Source of the DNA: Antedon mediterranea
Taxonomy: Eukaryota; Animalia; Echinodermata
DNA length: 64,000 bases
Direction: 5' to 3'
Assembly (NCBI RefSeq): GCF_964355755.1
Contig: NC_092677.1
Span: 19,180,101 to 19,244,100, forward strand
Shown here: one piece after another, positions 28,701-40,977 of the stretch
Layout: every line of letters starts with the position of its first letter
Numbering within the stretch: position 1 is the stretch's first letter
Notes under the pieces: generated by a model
Told to the model about the DNA's origin: nothing
What the model saw: only the letters and a program-made list of their open reading frames with translations
Database searches by the model: none
Position numbers and translations under genes: made by a program

Positions 28701-31700
28701 GCATCTCTGCCCTGAAGTTGATTGTAAATTATATTTCAACACACAAGGCGACCTAACAAATCATTTAAAAAATGATCATAAGGTAATGGATACTGAGGCC
28801 CATACGCCTGATATATCACCGAAGCCATCGCCCGCTATCGGAACTAATAATGAAAGTTATTTCTCGTGTCCTAGTTGTCGAAATGAATTTCAAAGTGAAT
28901 CGCAGCTTATGATCCACGCAGTTAATCACTTCAAAGCTGTAAGTTCGGAATATGTCTGTCGAGATTGCGGAAAATCATTTAAAAAGCCAGATGAACTTCA
29001 AAAACATCTTTTTGAGATTCATGCTCACCATCTATATAAATGTGCTCTTTGCAAAGAAGTATTCGATTCAAAGGTTAGTGTACAAGTTCACTTTGCCGTT
29101 AAACACAGCAACGAGTGTAAATTGTACAGTTGTACTCAGTGTGGCGTTGTATACCAACGTGAAGAAGACTTTATTATGCACGTCAGAATGCAGCACGTAA
29201 AGGTTGACCAACGTTGCAATATATGTGGACTTATTTTCAGTTCAAATGTTCAATTACAAACTCACCTAAGTTCACACACCCTCGTATATCGTTGTTCTCA
29301 ATGCAATACAACTTACGGGGACACAAGAAGTTATGATGCCCATATGAAATCGGTACATAAAATTGTCCCGAGTCCAACCGTCTCTCTGAATGGTAATTCC
29401 ACCAAGTCACCACATGAACACACACAACCAACAATTAACAAACCTGTTATCTCTTTAACATTAGACCAGACAAAAATTAAGAATTCTCCACATAGCAGTG
29501 AGGACGGTGAGGAAGGCTGTTTTATCTGCCAAATATGTGATGTTAAGTTTCCACTAAAATCACTTCTCGACCGACATCACTCTAAAGAACATAACATTAA
29601 ATCCAGGCGATTGACACCAGATGTCTACTTACCAACCGTATCATCTGGTGTTCGTTGTTGCGAAAATAGTCAAGGAATGCCAGTATCAAATTACAATGTC
29701 AAACGTTTTAAAGCATCCTCTGAAAATTCAGATGGCCTTATCTGTATGTTCTGTCACAATTCGATTCTCGGAGAAAACGATTTGGTGTTCCATTCAAAAA
29801 AACATAAAAACAGAGAAAATGAATCCGATACAACGTTTTATTGTGTAGTCTGTATGATGCAACTAACATCTATACGAAATCTTCGAATTCACGCTCATTT
29901 TCACTTTCAAACGTCTTCTTCAAATGATTCCAGGCCGCAAAATTGCGTAATGTGTGGTGACAATTTTAGGCCAGCAAACAACGATGAATCTCCTGTCTGC
30001 ATACGATGTATTTCTGTAGATACTAGAAATCAGAAGCAATTGTTTTCAAAACCTGCAGAAAGCGTAGATATCCTAACGAAACCAGGTAGTTATCGATGTA
30101 GTCACTGTACTGTCAAATTTGAAAGCGATGTAGAATTGGCAAAACATGAATTACTACATAATGAGGTTAAGAAAAAAACTTACCAATGCATAAAATGTCA
30201 AAAAACATTCACATCGGAAGATGAGATACACGCGCACGTGACGTCACACATGCTAGCAGAGGGCATTTATCATGAGTGTAAACTCTGTAAAGAAGTGTTT
30301 GATTCTCCTGCTAAGTTACAGTGTCACTTAATTGATCATACATTTCCGGATAAGAACTATGAGTGTCCGAAATGCGATGCTAAGTTCATTTTTGCTATGG
30401 ACATCCAAGCACATGTAATTGAACACGGTATTGACGCACGTGAACACAAATGTGACTTATGTAATCAGACATTTTTCTTTTCAGCCGAACTAATGAACCA
30501 TGTAGCAAGTTACCATCACTTTGAAAACGGAAGACTACGCGAGGAATATCGGTGTTATGAATGTGGCCGACAATTTATTTCTAGATCTAACCTTTACAGT
30601 CATATGAAAACACATACGGCCAAGGAACGAGTATGTAGATGTCCGTTATGCCCTGAGGTTTTCCGTAATACGCTAGCAATGCAGCAACACTATTTTCAGT
30701 CTCACACGGATGTTGAACTTGTTCGTAACAAAAAGTCATTAAAATGTCCTAAGTGCGACAAAACATTTATATGTGCTTCTGCCCTACAAACGCACGTGCG
30801 CCAACATAATCATTTGAGTCCGTATTCATGCAATGATTGTGGAAAAACGTTTGAACTGGTTCGAAATCTAACGGTCCATATGGCAATTCATAGTAATGTA
30901 AACCCATTCCAATGTCCGCTATGCGATAAAAGATTCTCCAAAAATGAGCAAAGAAAAATGCATTTAAAGTCTCACTTCAATGGAATGACTGAATTTTCCT
31001 GTCCTAATTGTACTCAGACTTTTTCAAAGCAAACCGATATCCAAAACCATATGTTGAATCATGTGAAAAAAACTAATTCACAATATAAGTGTTATGTATG
31101 TAGAGCAGCCTTCACTGATGAATCTACTTACAGACAACATATGCAACTTATGCACGGAGTCCAATACGACCAAGTACATGAAGATTTAACTGTTACCTCA
31201 TTTGAGTTAGATAGCCGGAAAACTGAGACACATAGACCTACAAAAAAGGGATCATATACTAAAATTCCTGAAAACTGCTGTGCTATGTGTAATGCCATGT
31301 TTCCAGATGATGTAGCTCTATATGGACATTTACATACCTTCCATCGTATCCAGTTTTCATCTGAAGAACAGATGTGTTATCTCAGTGATGCTACGAAACC
31401 ATGTAGTAAGACTGAGTCAGAGGCATCTCAAGTACATTTGAATGTACACAATCCCTATAATGATTCTATTCTGACTGATAAAACTACTATTTTAAAGGAC
31501 AGTCTCGATAATCGCATATATAAAGAAAAATTGCAAAAAACAGCTGATGAAAAGTTATCGTGTCCACTTTGTGACGATTACTTTTCAACTCCAGAGTCCG
31601 TACGACATCATCTGACACAAATACATTGTGCTACGACAAGTAAGCGAAAGAGAACGGAAGAAAGTCTTGGTGTTAATAACAAATCAAAGGAGATTTTAAC

Positions 31701-31776
31701 AAAAACCTCTTCCAGAATGGATACCGGTAACTTAGAATTTTCGTCGGACGGTGAACCCAATGTGTATAATAATTAG
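19779..31776 (+). CDS. ZNF423: ZNF423/ZNF521 (Oaz) family multi-C2H2 zinc-finger transcription factor, about 1535 aa; exons 19779-19830, 25028-25117, 27049-27243, 27506-31776
   Basis: Exon 1 MSRRKQARPKALK (NuRD-binding motif); exon 4 [74 protein letters not shown] and HECKLCKEVFDSPAKLQCHLI are family signatures. All introns phase 1, GT-AG. Likely co-orthologue of vertebrate ZNF423 and ZNF521. Confidence 0.93.
23030..25830. repeat. Diverged inverted repeat pair (about 23030-23600 and 25420-25830) flanking ZNF exon 2
   Basis: For example gtaacagttttaatt..gttctttcttcattaaat versus atttaatgaagaaagaac..aaaactgttac; cattcgccaa versus ttggcgaatg. Confidence 0.75.
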
Positions 31777-32804
31777 GCCTAATTCGAATTATAAAAAAAA
31801 CAAAATCTATTAACATATAATTAATTTACAACAAATAAGGTTTATTAGGTAGGCCTATATACATACCTGTATTTTAAAAAGCTATACTGTATGTATGATG
31901 TTTACAATAAAGTGTTAAAAAACACAACATCTATAAAGCTATTTTATTCATTCCGATTTAATCCAAGTAAAATAATATTTATTGTCATGACCACAAACAT
32001 GTTTGTTTCCAGATGACAAATACATAGCAAATTAAACATGAAACGTACGTTTCTTTATCTATTATTTATTATATGAAGAGTTTGAAACATAGATAAATGA
32101 CTTCCTATAATCAGATTTTGTAACTACTTATTTATAATTTAAAGGGTGATAATTGAGTAAAAGTAATTGTTTATAACCATATGAGTGTATAAAAATGATA
32201 TGAACTTGTTTAGACAGCTATTTCTGGAAAAGAAACAACAGAAGATATACTTTTATTTTTCATGCTGTGTAATTCTGCATGTATATGTATAAAGGTTAAA
32301 AATAGAGAAGTTTAAAAATCAGTAAATAACGAAAAAGGTAGAAAACTGAAATGTAACGTACGAAAATGACTAATATGACTAATACTTATTAAAGATTGAA
32401 TAAATAAAGGTGATGGTTAACCACAAAAGAAAAGTCACGTTTTGTCTCTGAAAACATGCAAATTATTAATATTATTATATTATCAGTAAGTAGATTAAAA
32501 TTTGAATTTCATTTCATTTCATGGTCAAACAGAGTATATAATATAGTAAATGCTTTGAAATTATTTTGTTTGTTCAAAAGTTCATATAAAATATGTGTGT
32601 ATAAAATGAGCACAAAATGATGAACGTTTCAATGAATAGTATTAATTATACTTTGTTACATGAGTTACCCCCTCCATTTACAGTTCATAAAAGTGAGCTA
32701 CCGTAAATCTTCTAATTTGTAACCGTGGGTTTTTATTTTTTGATTGTTTTTTAGGGTGGGTTACTATTAGAGTAGTGGGTGACTATTACTAATCTTAAAT
32801 TTTA

Positions 32805-32912
32805 GTAGGCGCTGCACTGCTGGCTGCCGTGGGTCCGTGGAGGGCCTAATCCGAATTTCCTCACTGAGGACAAATATTAATACAAAATACAAATACAAAA
32901 TAAATACAAATA
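32805..32912 (+). mobile_element. 5'-truncated SINE with (TACAAA)n tail
   Basis: Near-identical to the reverse complement of 40300-40407. Confidence 0.8.
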
Positions 32913-33923
32913 AATTAGACACCTGAAAATAGTAACCCACCCTCAACTTTTCCGATAATAAAACCCCAATAAAACAGTAGGCCTACGAATAAACATTTTA
33001 TAAACTCAAAAACACTCAATCCTCCCCCAGTCCCGAGATCATCAACATGCATTATCTTCTATTTTCAAAATACGGCTGCATCATAGGTTTTTGTGAATCT
33101 AATAGTAACCCCCATGGGTTACTATGTAAATATACCTGTATTTTAACTACTTTAAACACTGACTTTTAATTGTCACAAATGTACTTATATGTATATAATA
33201 TATTCACTAATGAGAATTTAAATAAACGTGAGATGAACTCACACATGATAAAAAAAAACCACACACGCTCCCCCTTTGTGAAACGAACTATTATTCTCCG
33301 TCCACATGCACCTTCATATGCAGATATTCATCGCGTTGCGAAAAAAGAACGGTGACGTCTTGAGCGTAGGTGGATAAAATCTAAATTAGAGCATGGATTA
33401 AAGAATAAATCCATGATTAGAGATAGATAAACAAATCTACTTAGCACAATGCAATAAATATAGATTGCTACTAATCGGAGCAAAAACTGATTATCACAGT
33501 ATAACGAGTTCAGACCAGAGAAATCTATTCCGTGTTATAGACAAACTTACATCAATATCATCTCACCCTCTTCCTAGTCATGACAACTCTAACATAACTT
33601 CCTGCTCACAAGATCCTCTACCACTTGCCATTTACCATTCCTGCATCCAAACGCTCCTACCAGCCATAACAAAGATAGTGAACGCATCTTTAAATTTTGG
33701 CGTCTTTCCATCATCTCTCAAACATGCTTGCATTATTCCATTGTTGAAGGGTCAATCCCTTAGCACCGAAGAGCTATCAAGCTATCGTCTAATATCAAAC
33801 CTCCCTTTCCTGGGAAAGATCATTGAGAGGGTCGTCACTAAACAGATGCAATCGTATTTCGAGGAATATGACCAATTCGCTCCTAGACAGTCAGCTTACC
33901 GTCGAGGCCATAGTGTAGAATCT

Positions 33924-34863
33924 GGGTGTCACGAAACCTAAGACCAGGAAAGCTAAGACCCCCTAAGACCTAAGATCACGAAAGCTAAGACCCAAGACCT
34001 AAGATTACAAATTCTAAGATATACTACAGCTTAAAAACAATACTTGTTTATCCATACATAATTTTAAACACAGTAGGTTTCATTTATTACCATAAATATA
34101 ATTAAATACTAGGCCTACCGCAAAACATAGATAAACTCACATTATTTTCGCCCGTTGAGTAAATGTATATTTTTTTCTTTACAACAAACAAACTTGACGG
34201 GTTGTTTGTTGGTATATGTTTACTCCATTGTGTTGGTTCAGAGGATGTTTTTCTTACGCACCTGCCTTTCTTGTATTTTGACTCCAAATTTGTTGACTAA
34301 CTTTATCCTGAATACCACACTTTAAAATTAGGATTTATAAGTACTTTCAGACGGAGAAACACATAAAAACAAATAAATAAATCCTTTAAATTGATGATTT
34401 TACAGACATGTTTCTTTGTATACTGTAACTCCTTGAGCTCCCCCCCCCCCCCCTGCTCAATGTTTTTGTTTCTATGGAGCGCCAAAAGAGCAACAATAAT
34501 AGTACAAGTATAAAAACAGAAAGAAAACGAAACAAATCATGATTTTTAAATTAAAATTTATTTGCCAGTATTTATTTCTTCGTACTTGCATGATTATACT
34601 ATTATCATTACAATTTTGTGTGCGAGAAAAATGTCTGTAAAATCATCAATTTAAAAATGTATTTGTTACTTTTTATGTGATTCTTTTTCATAAAAGTGCC
34701 AATTCTAAGGCGTGGTATTCAGAATAAATGTTGGGAGTTAAAATACAATTACAAGGCAGGTGCGAAAGATAAATATTTGTAATCTTAGGTCTTGGGTCTT
34801 AGCTTTCGTGATCTTAGGTCTTATGGGGTCTTAGCTTCCGTGGTCTTAGGTTTCGTGACACCC
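33924..34863. mobile_element. MULE-like non-autonomous element inserted in the LINE
   Basis: TIR GGGTGTCACGAAACCTAAGACC with CTAAGAC subrepeats; about 10-bp TSD TGTAGAATCT/TGTAGAAGCT (1 mismatch). Confidence 0.8.
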
Positions 34864-35973
34864 TGTAGAAGCTGCATTACTGCGAGTACAGAATGACACT
34901 TTGACTGCTTGTCCTCCTCGATTTCAGTGCTGCATTTGATACTATAGACCATTCACAGCTCCTACATCGCCTTTCCTCTCACGTAACGGTATTAGCGGTA
35001 CTGCTATAAATTGGTTTTCATTTTACCTTAATGACAGAACTCAACTCTATCATGTCTGATCCAGTTCCAATTGATTTAGGCGTCCCTCAAGACTCTGTCA
35101 TCGGCCCAATTATGTTCATCCTGTTCACCGCCCCATTACAAGACATCATTGCCGCACATGGTGTGCAGTTCATGGTCTATGCTGACGACATCCAGCTCTA
35201 TATTCAGGGCCGTAGCCAGGATCTGTCAAGGTGGGGTTCGCACACTAAGTATTTGGGTCACCCTCACTCCCATACCTACCCCCCCCCCCCCTGGGGTGGG
35301 GCCTGAGGCGAAGCCAATTTTGTTAAATGACACCCCTAGATGGCCGGAAAAGACACTCTCATGCAGCATGCTACCAATGAGCAAAATAAACGTACTTGGA
35401 CTATTTAAACAATAACATTTGTTGCCGTATGTTAGATGCGCGTGCTCTGTGCGGAACCGCCGATTGTTTGATCATTTACTCGATATTTTGTTTTGCGTTC
35501 AAGTTCAATGCGAACGTACGTCTAGGAGAAGCCCCGAAAAAAGCACACTGGGTGAAGGCAAATGCAATTTTTATTATAGCTCTATCTATAATATTTATTT
35601 ACAGCAATTTGTTGAGGAAATTAAATATGCCAATGTAAATAGGTGATATTGATACATTTGAGTACGTATCGGCTGGTGGTCTAGAAAAAAATAATCGGAT
35701 GCCATAATGTGAACTACAGTACATGATACCATAGATATTATAGTGTAAAATATTAATATTCACTATAATTAATCCTATAAGCCACACATAAACACTGATG
35801 TATGTCGGAAGGCTATATACTTTATGCATGCTGCCTGACTGCCAGTGATCTAAACAATTGGTACGCAGTTGTCTGGCGGTGTCCTTTGTACGAATCGTTC
35901 GTCCCCCAGCTCGCTGTGAGACGCGTCAATATCATGTTACATGCAGGGACCAAACATTTATTTTTCAGGTTAA

Positions 35974-38900
35974 TAGTCCAAGAGCATTAGGGTTTGACCC
36001 GGAAATTTCTGGTAACAAGCTAATTTTTTCAGGAAAGGTCGAGAACTATGATTGGAACATCATACTAAAAGTCCTGAAAAATCCTCCTTGTGCTCTCCGA
36101 GAAATCCAAGATGGCGTCCAAAATGGCTGCCATTTTAAATTGGTCTATAACTTTGTAACCGCTTGTCTTAGAGTATCGATTTTGGTGTCAAATAGTTCAC
36201 AATGTATACATTCCTATTTGCTCTAACAGAAAATTTTGTCAAAAAATGGCCGCTACTACAGTTTCTGGCAGTTTGACCTTTGACCTGGTCTTATCATATC
36301 TCGGTAATGGCTTGTCATAGAGAATTAAGATTAGGCCCAAATTGTTCAGAACATGCATATTTTTATTTGCTTTAATGAAATATTTTATCCCAAAATGACC
36401 GGAAGTGAGGTTATTGACCTCTTATTGACCTATTCATATCTCTTTACCGTATCTCAAGAAATATTTGTCGTAGAGCATTACTTTTGGTGTCAAATTGTTT
36501 GGAACATATACATTTCTATTTAGTCTAATACAACAGTTTACCCTAAAATGCTCGGAAGTAAGTTAATTTATTGAAAACTTAAAAAATCAAAGAGCTGCAT
36601 AGGCAGAGGATATGAATAATGTAGGTAAAATAAAAATTTAAGTTTTAACTCTGCCTTAAAACATGTTTTGGGCATAGCACATCATCAGGTAAAGTGAATT
36701 GTTACAAAAAGAAAATATAAAGTCAATAAATTACAAAGAATAACTGTCAGTGGCACTGACAGTTATTGTGTGGCTAATCAAAGTTGGTTAAGTAAACAAA
36801 AGACAATTGGCAAATACCTATGTACACAGCACATATCCGACAATTTATATGCAACTTTGAGTTGCGTGCAAACGCGACTCTATTGCTCACTATGTCGGTC
36901 GGTAAACACTAACTCATATTCATATTTTTTCGTTATTTTAACACTGGATATTAATACTTGTAGGCAAATATAAATGTTTTTAAACATTTTTCAACATTTT
37001 AAAACTTTTTCAGCAATTTCGGTCGGTTGGTCAGTCGGTATTAAAACACTAACTCATATTCATATTTTTTCGTTATTTTTTTTGACACTGGATATTATTT
37101 AATACTTGGAGGAAAATATAAATGTTTTTAAAAATGTTAACATTTTTAAAAATTTTCAGCAATTTCGGTCAGTTGGTCGGTCAGTAAACAATAACTCAAA
37201 TTTACGCACGCGACTGCAGCCATGTATATGGCCTTGTTGACTTTGTAAAAATAACGCATTTTGAAACATTCCTTGCTTTAAATGTTCGTTGTATGGCTTA
37301 TTTATGATAAAAAGAGAATATACCCTAGGTATTTCACGTCAAACGCTCTTTACTCGGCATGCATAGACTTTCTTTTCCAGATTCAGATTTTATTTGGTCC
37401 TTGCTGAAATCTATGAAAAATAGATTGGAATACCCGGGCAAAGATCCCGGTACCTCTAACATGCTAATTGAGAGCTCTACCATTTGAACTAGTCCCCCAG
37501 TTACATATTTAACTGTTTAAAGATGAAAAAAGTATCGCCATATGCCCTATATATGATTTATTAAATATTAAAAATATGCAAAATAAAGGGTCTTTAAATC
37601 ACTTCAACATTGATCAGCAGCATTCTGTTAGTCATTCATCATCTGATGTTGCACCTTCAACATCTTGGTGTTTGTTGCTTCTTTCACATCATTATCATCA
37701 TGTTCATCTGTATGGGTGTTGTTGCATGTTTGCCCAAAAGTTATGACGTTATGAGGTTAGAGAACAATCAAGAGTGCACTCTCTTTTAAAACAAGGAATG
37801 ACCTGGTTTCATGTTTCAAAATGCATTATTTTTACAAATAAAATGGTCTTTAACATTAGGTTTTTGACAATCTGGAGTATAATATATGCCATGTACATAG
37901 TGTTCCCTGCCAATTGAGCATTTCCATGCGAAATGTATATGACCTGAACATTTCATTCTCACACTCACAGTATCATAAAGTCTATACATTTCCTAAATTA
38001 CATAAAATTTCTACTTCTCTGAACAAAAATAATTATCATAATTTCTATAATAAATAATAAAAATAATAACGTGATTTCAACAAAAGCACTAATTCGCGTA
38101 TGTACTGTAATGCGAGTTACAGACGAATAACGCATTTAAAATGTATTCATGACATCTACATATAGGTTTTGTAGCAATAACTTTTCAACCATAACTAGTA
38201 TGAGAATTTCAATTAACGTGTCCCATGATATTCTTTGTTCTATCGAAGTTAAATAAATGATTATTTTGATTTTTTCTTGTATAGTTCATACCCTTACAAG
38301 AAAATTTACCCTCAAGGTTACCTGATGATGTGCTATGCCCAAAACATGTTTTAAGGCAGAGTTAAAATTTAGATTTTTTCTACAGTATTCATATCCTCTG
38401 CCTATGTAGCTCTTTAATTTTTAAAGTTTTCAATAAATTAACTTACTTCCGAGCATTTTATGGCAAACTGTTGTATTAGACTAAATAGAAATGTACAGTA
38501 TATGTTCCAAACAATTTGACACCAAAAGTAATGCTCTACGACAAATATTTCTTGAAATACGGTAAAGAGATATGAATAGGTCAATAAGGGGTCAATAACC
38601 TCACTTCCGGTCATTTTGGGATAAAATATTTCATTAAAGCAAATAAAAATATGCATGTTCTGAACAATTTGGGCCTAATCTTAATTCTCTATGACAAGCC
38701 ATTACCGAGATATGATAAGACCAGGTCAAAAGTCAAACTGCCAGAAACTGTAGTAGCGGCCATTTTTTGACAAAATTTTCTGTTAGAGCAAATAGGAATG
38801 TATATATTGTGAACTATTTGACAACAAAATCGATACTCTAAGACAAGCGGTTACAAAGTTATAGACCAATTTAAAATGGCAGCCATTTTGGACGCCATCT

Positions 38901-39046
38901 TGGATTTCTCGGAGAGCACAAGGAGGATTTTTCGGGACTTTTAGTATGATGTTCCAATCATAGTTCTCGACCTTTCCTGAAAAAATTAGCTTGTTACCAG
39001 AAATTTCCGGGTCTGCCTATACTTATGAACTAATGCTCTTGGACTA
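35974..39046. mobile_element. Long-TIR (about 700 bp) Academ-like element
   Basis: TAGTCCAAGAGCATTAG...CTAATGCTCTTGGACTA, TAA TSD; absent at the homologous site in copy 2 (caggttaaaatcggcaatt near 46850); arms about 35974-36692 and 38320-39046 nearly identical. Confidence 0.85.
36857..37238 (+). mobile_element. Helentron-associated (DINE-1/HINE-like) element
   Basis: 5' AGTTGCGTGC with inverted ACGCGACT, (GTCG)n tract, internal tandem duplication, 3' GCACGCGACT plus GCCATGTATATGGC hairpin; related 3' end near 15190-15317. Confidence 0.6.
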
Positions 39047-40299
39047 TAAAATTGGCAATTCATTTGCAACTCTTTACAGACTATATCGCTCGAAGTACGC
39101 TCATACAGGGAAGAAGGTACTGTATGAGTTATTCCGAACGAGTTTACAAATTTTTTAATTTACGAACAACTTTTTGTAGGCCTACTGTGGGGCACGTATT
39201 TGGACAATTTTCGGAGATGAAGGTGAGGTATTGGGCATGTCGGGGATGGGGGTTCGCAGTCGGTTAAGGGGGTTCGCTGTAAAGGGGGTTCGCCCGAACC
39301 ATAAAAACCCCCCTTGGCTACGGGCCTGTATATTGCATTCCAGCCCAAAGATAGTGAAGGGGCTGTAAAAAAGCTTGAAACTTGCTTCGCCGAAATCAAA
39401 ATATGGTGTACACATGCTTGTACTCAACGATGACAAGTCTGAATTGATTCATTTCACTTCTCGCTATAGACCTTTAGACTGGATACCCTCTGTTAAAATC
39501 GGTAACTCTTTGATTACCCCATTACCTACCGCTCTAAACACTGGAGTTATTACATAGATTCCGTCTTCAACTTGTCTGCTCATGTTGACAAAATGTGCAA
39601 ATCTGCAATGAATTCCATACGCAAGATTGGACATGTTCGAAAGTATTTAGACCCTAAATCGACAGAAATATTGGTCCATGCATAAAACTGTCAACAAGCG
39701 AGCAGCGTTTTTTGTAAGAAAAATATTTCTTGTTTATTTTGTTTTCGGGTTATTTTCGGTTGTTTATGATCGTTTTCGGTAATTAGACTGATCGGATTGT
39801 TACGTTTGTGGGTGATACAGGGGACATGATCAGAAAATGTTGCTAATATTACTATTTAATATAGGATGATTTTGAGATCATCTTACTTTAAAAATCAATG
39901 CAGCTGCTGACGATGTTTCTTAAACAGCCATAACAATCGGTTAAATAATAACCTCCCTAAAATGGCTGTTTTTCTGTGATGTCGCGCCGTTCAGCGGAAA
40001 TCGCCGCTCGGGATTTTTTTTGTACATAAACAGAAAGAAATGGGACCAATTTAAAATACTAATATTTATAATGTAAACCAGTTTGTGAAAAACAGTATTC
40101 GGGAAAAATCATTTTTGTAGAAGTAGATAGGTAAATGCGAATTGTGTGCGGGTATGTTTCAGCATGGACAGTGTAGGCTACACCACATTCGAAAAACATC
40201 CCTTTTCAGGGCAAATCATATTAACCTAAATTCGTTTTAATCCTCTATAACTAATTATCTATACCCCGAGTAAAAATTCCAAAAATTCGGCGCGATTTA

Positions 40300-40502
40300 C
40301 TTTGTATTTGTATTTTTTTTGTATTTTGTATTAATATTTGTCCTCAGTGAGGAAATTAGGATTAGGCCCTCCACGGACCCACGGCAGCCAGCAGTGCAGC
40401 GCCTACCAGATTAGGCAATGAGAGTAAAGCATCTTGCCTAAGGATGCAATTAGTATGGTACAGATAACCTCGAACCCATGCCTATCACATGCTAGTCCAG
40501 AG
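40300..40502 (-). mobile_element. tRNA-derived SINE with CORE-like segment
   Basis: Minus strand: B-box-like GGTTCGAG, CATCCTTAGGCAAGATGCTTTACTC core, (TACAAA)n tail. Confidence 0.7.
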
Positions 40503-40977
40503 TTTTAGGGATGATGTCTGTTTCCAACTTCTGCCATCCCAGGGAATTTGCAATAGTCTCCTAGTTTTGGTTTCATCAACTTTTCTCAAATTGATGTTTG
40601 CTTTTCATATTTATTTGAAAAGGTTACAACAAGATGGTGAGAGATACAAGCAACACCTTGATGGCAAGTCTAGACTGCTGTTTGATATAGGTCTAGTAGA
40701 AAATCAACAAATTGGCTTAGTGAGTTTTCTAATAGAAAATTAATGCATTTCCAATGGGCAGATGCATTTCTAGGATTTGTTGATCTATTTGGCAATTTAT
40801 TTCCTCTGTTGTTTTGTGAACTCGTCAATAGCAGGATGGTAGTTATCATTATAGAGGAAAATGATTTTAAAAATACACAAACAACAATCAACACAAAGAA
40901 CACATTTTTTTTGGAATATTTTACATATTTTAATTCTTTACCAAATTTACATTCAACAAATGTAAATCTCTAGAAAA

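Larger units (their letters stand above)
35205..39328 (+). mobile_element. hAT-like non-autonomous element, copy 1 (contains a nested 3-kb insertion)
   Basis: CAGGGCCGTAGCCAGG...TGGCTACGGGCCTG, TATATT duplicated at the flanks; collinear with the uninterrupted copy at 46075-47127. Confidence 0.85.
33350..39682 (+). mobile_element. Decayed L2/CR1-group LINE ORF2 split in three pieces (about 33350-33923, 34864-35204, 39329-39682)
   Basis: YRLISNLPFLGKIIERVV, QSAYRRGHSVE, LLDFSAAFDTIDH, GVPQDSVIGP, YADDIQLYI, LNDDKSELI, IGHVRKYLD...EILVHA; collinear across the insertions. Confidence 0.9.

Noticed and set aside
27634-31776. The 1380-aa ORF as a complete single-exon gene
   Set aside because: The frame is open upstream to an acceptor at 27505 with another conserved finger, and three upstream exons supply the family N-terminus.
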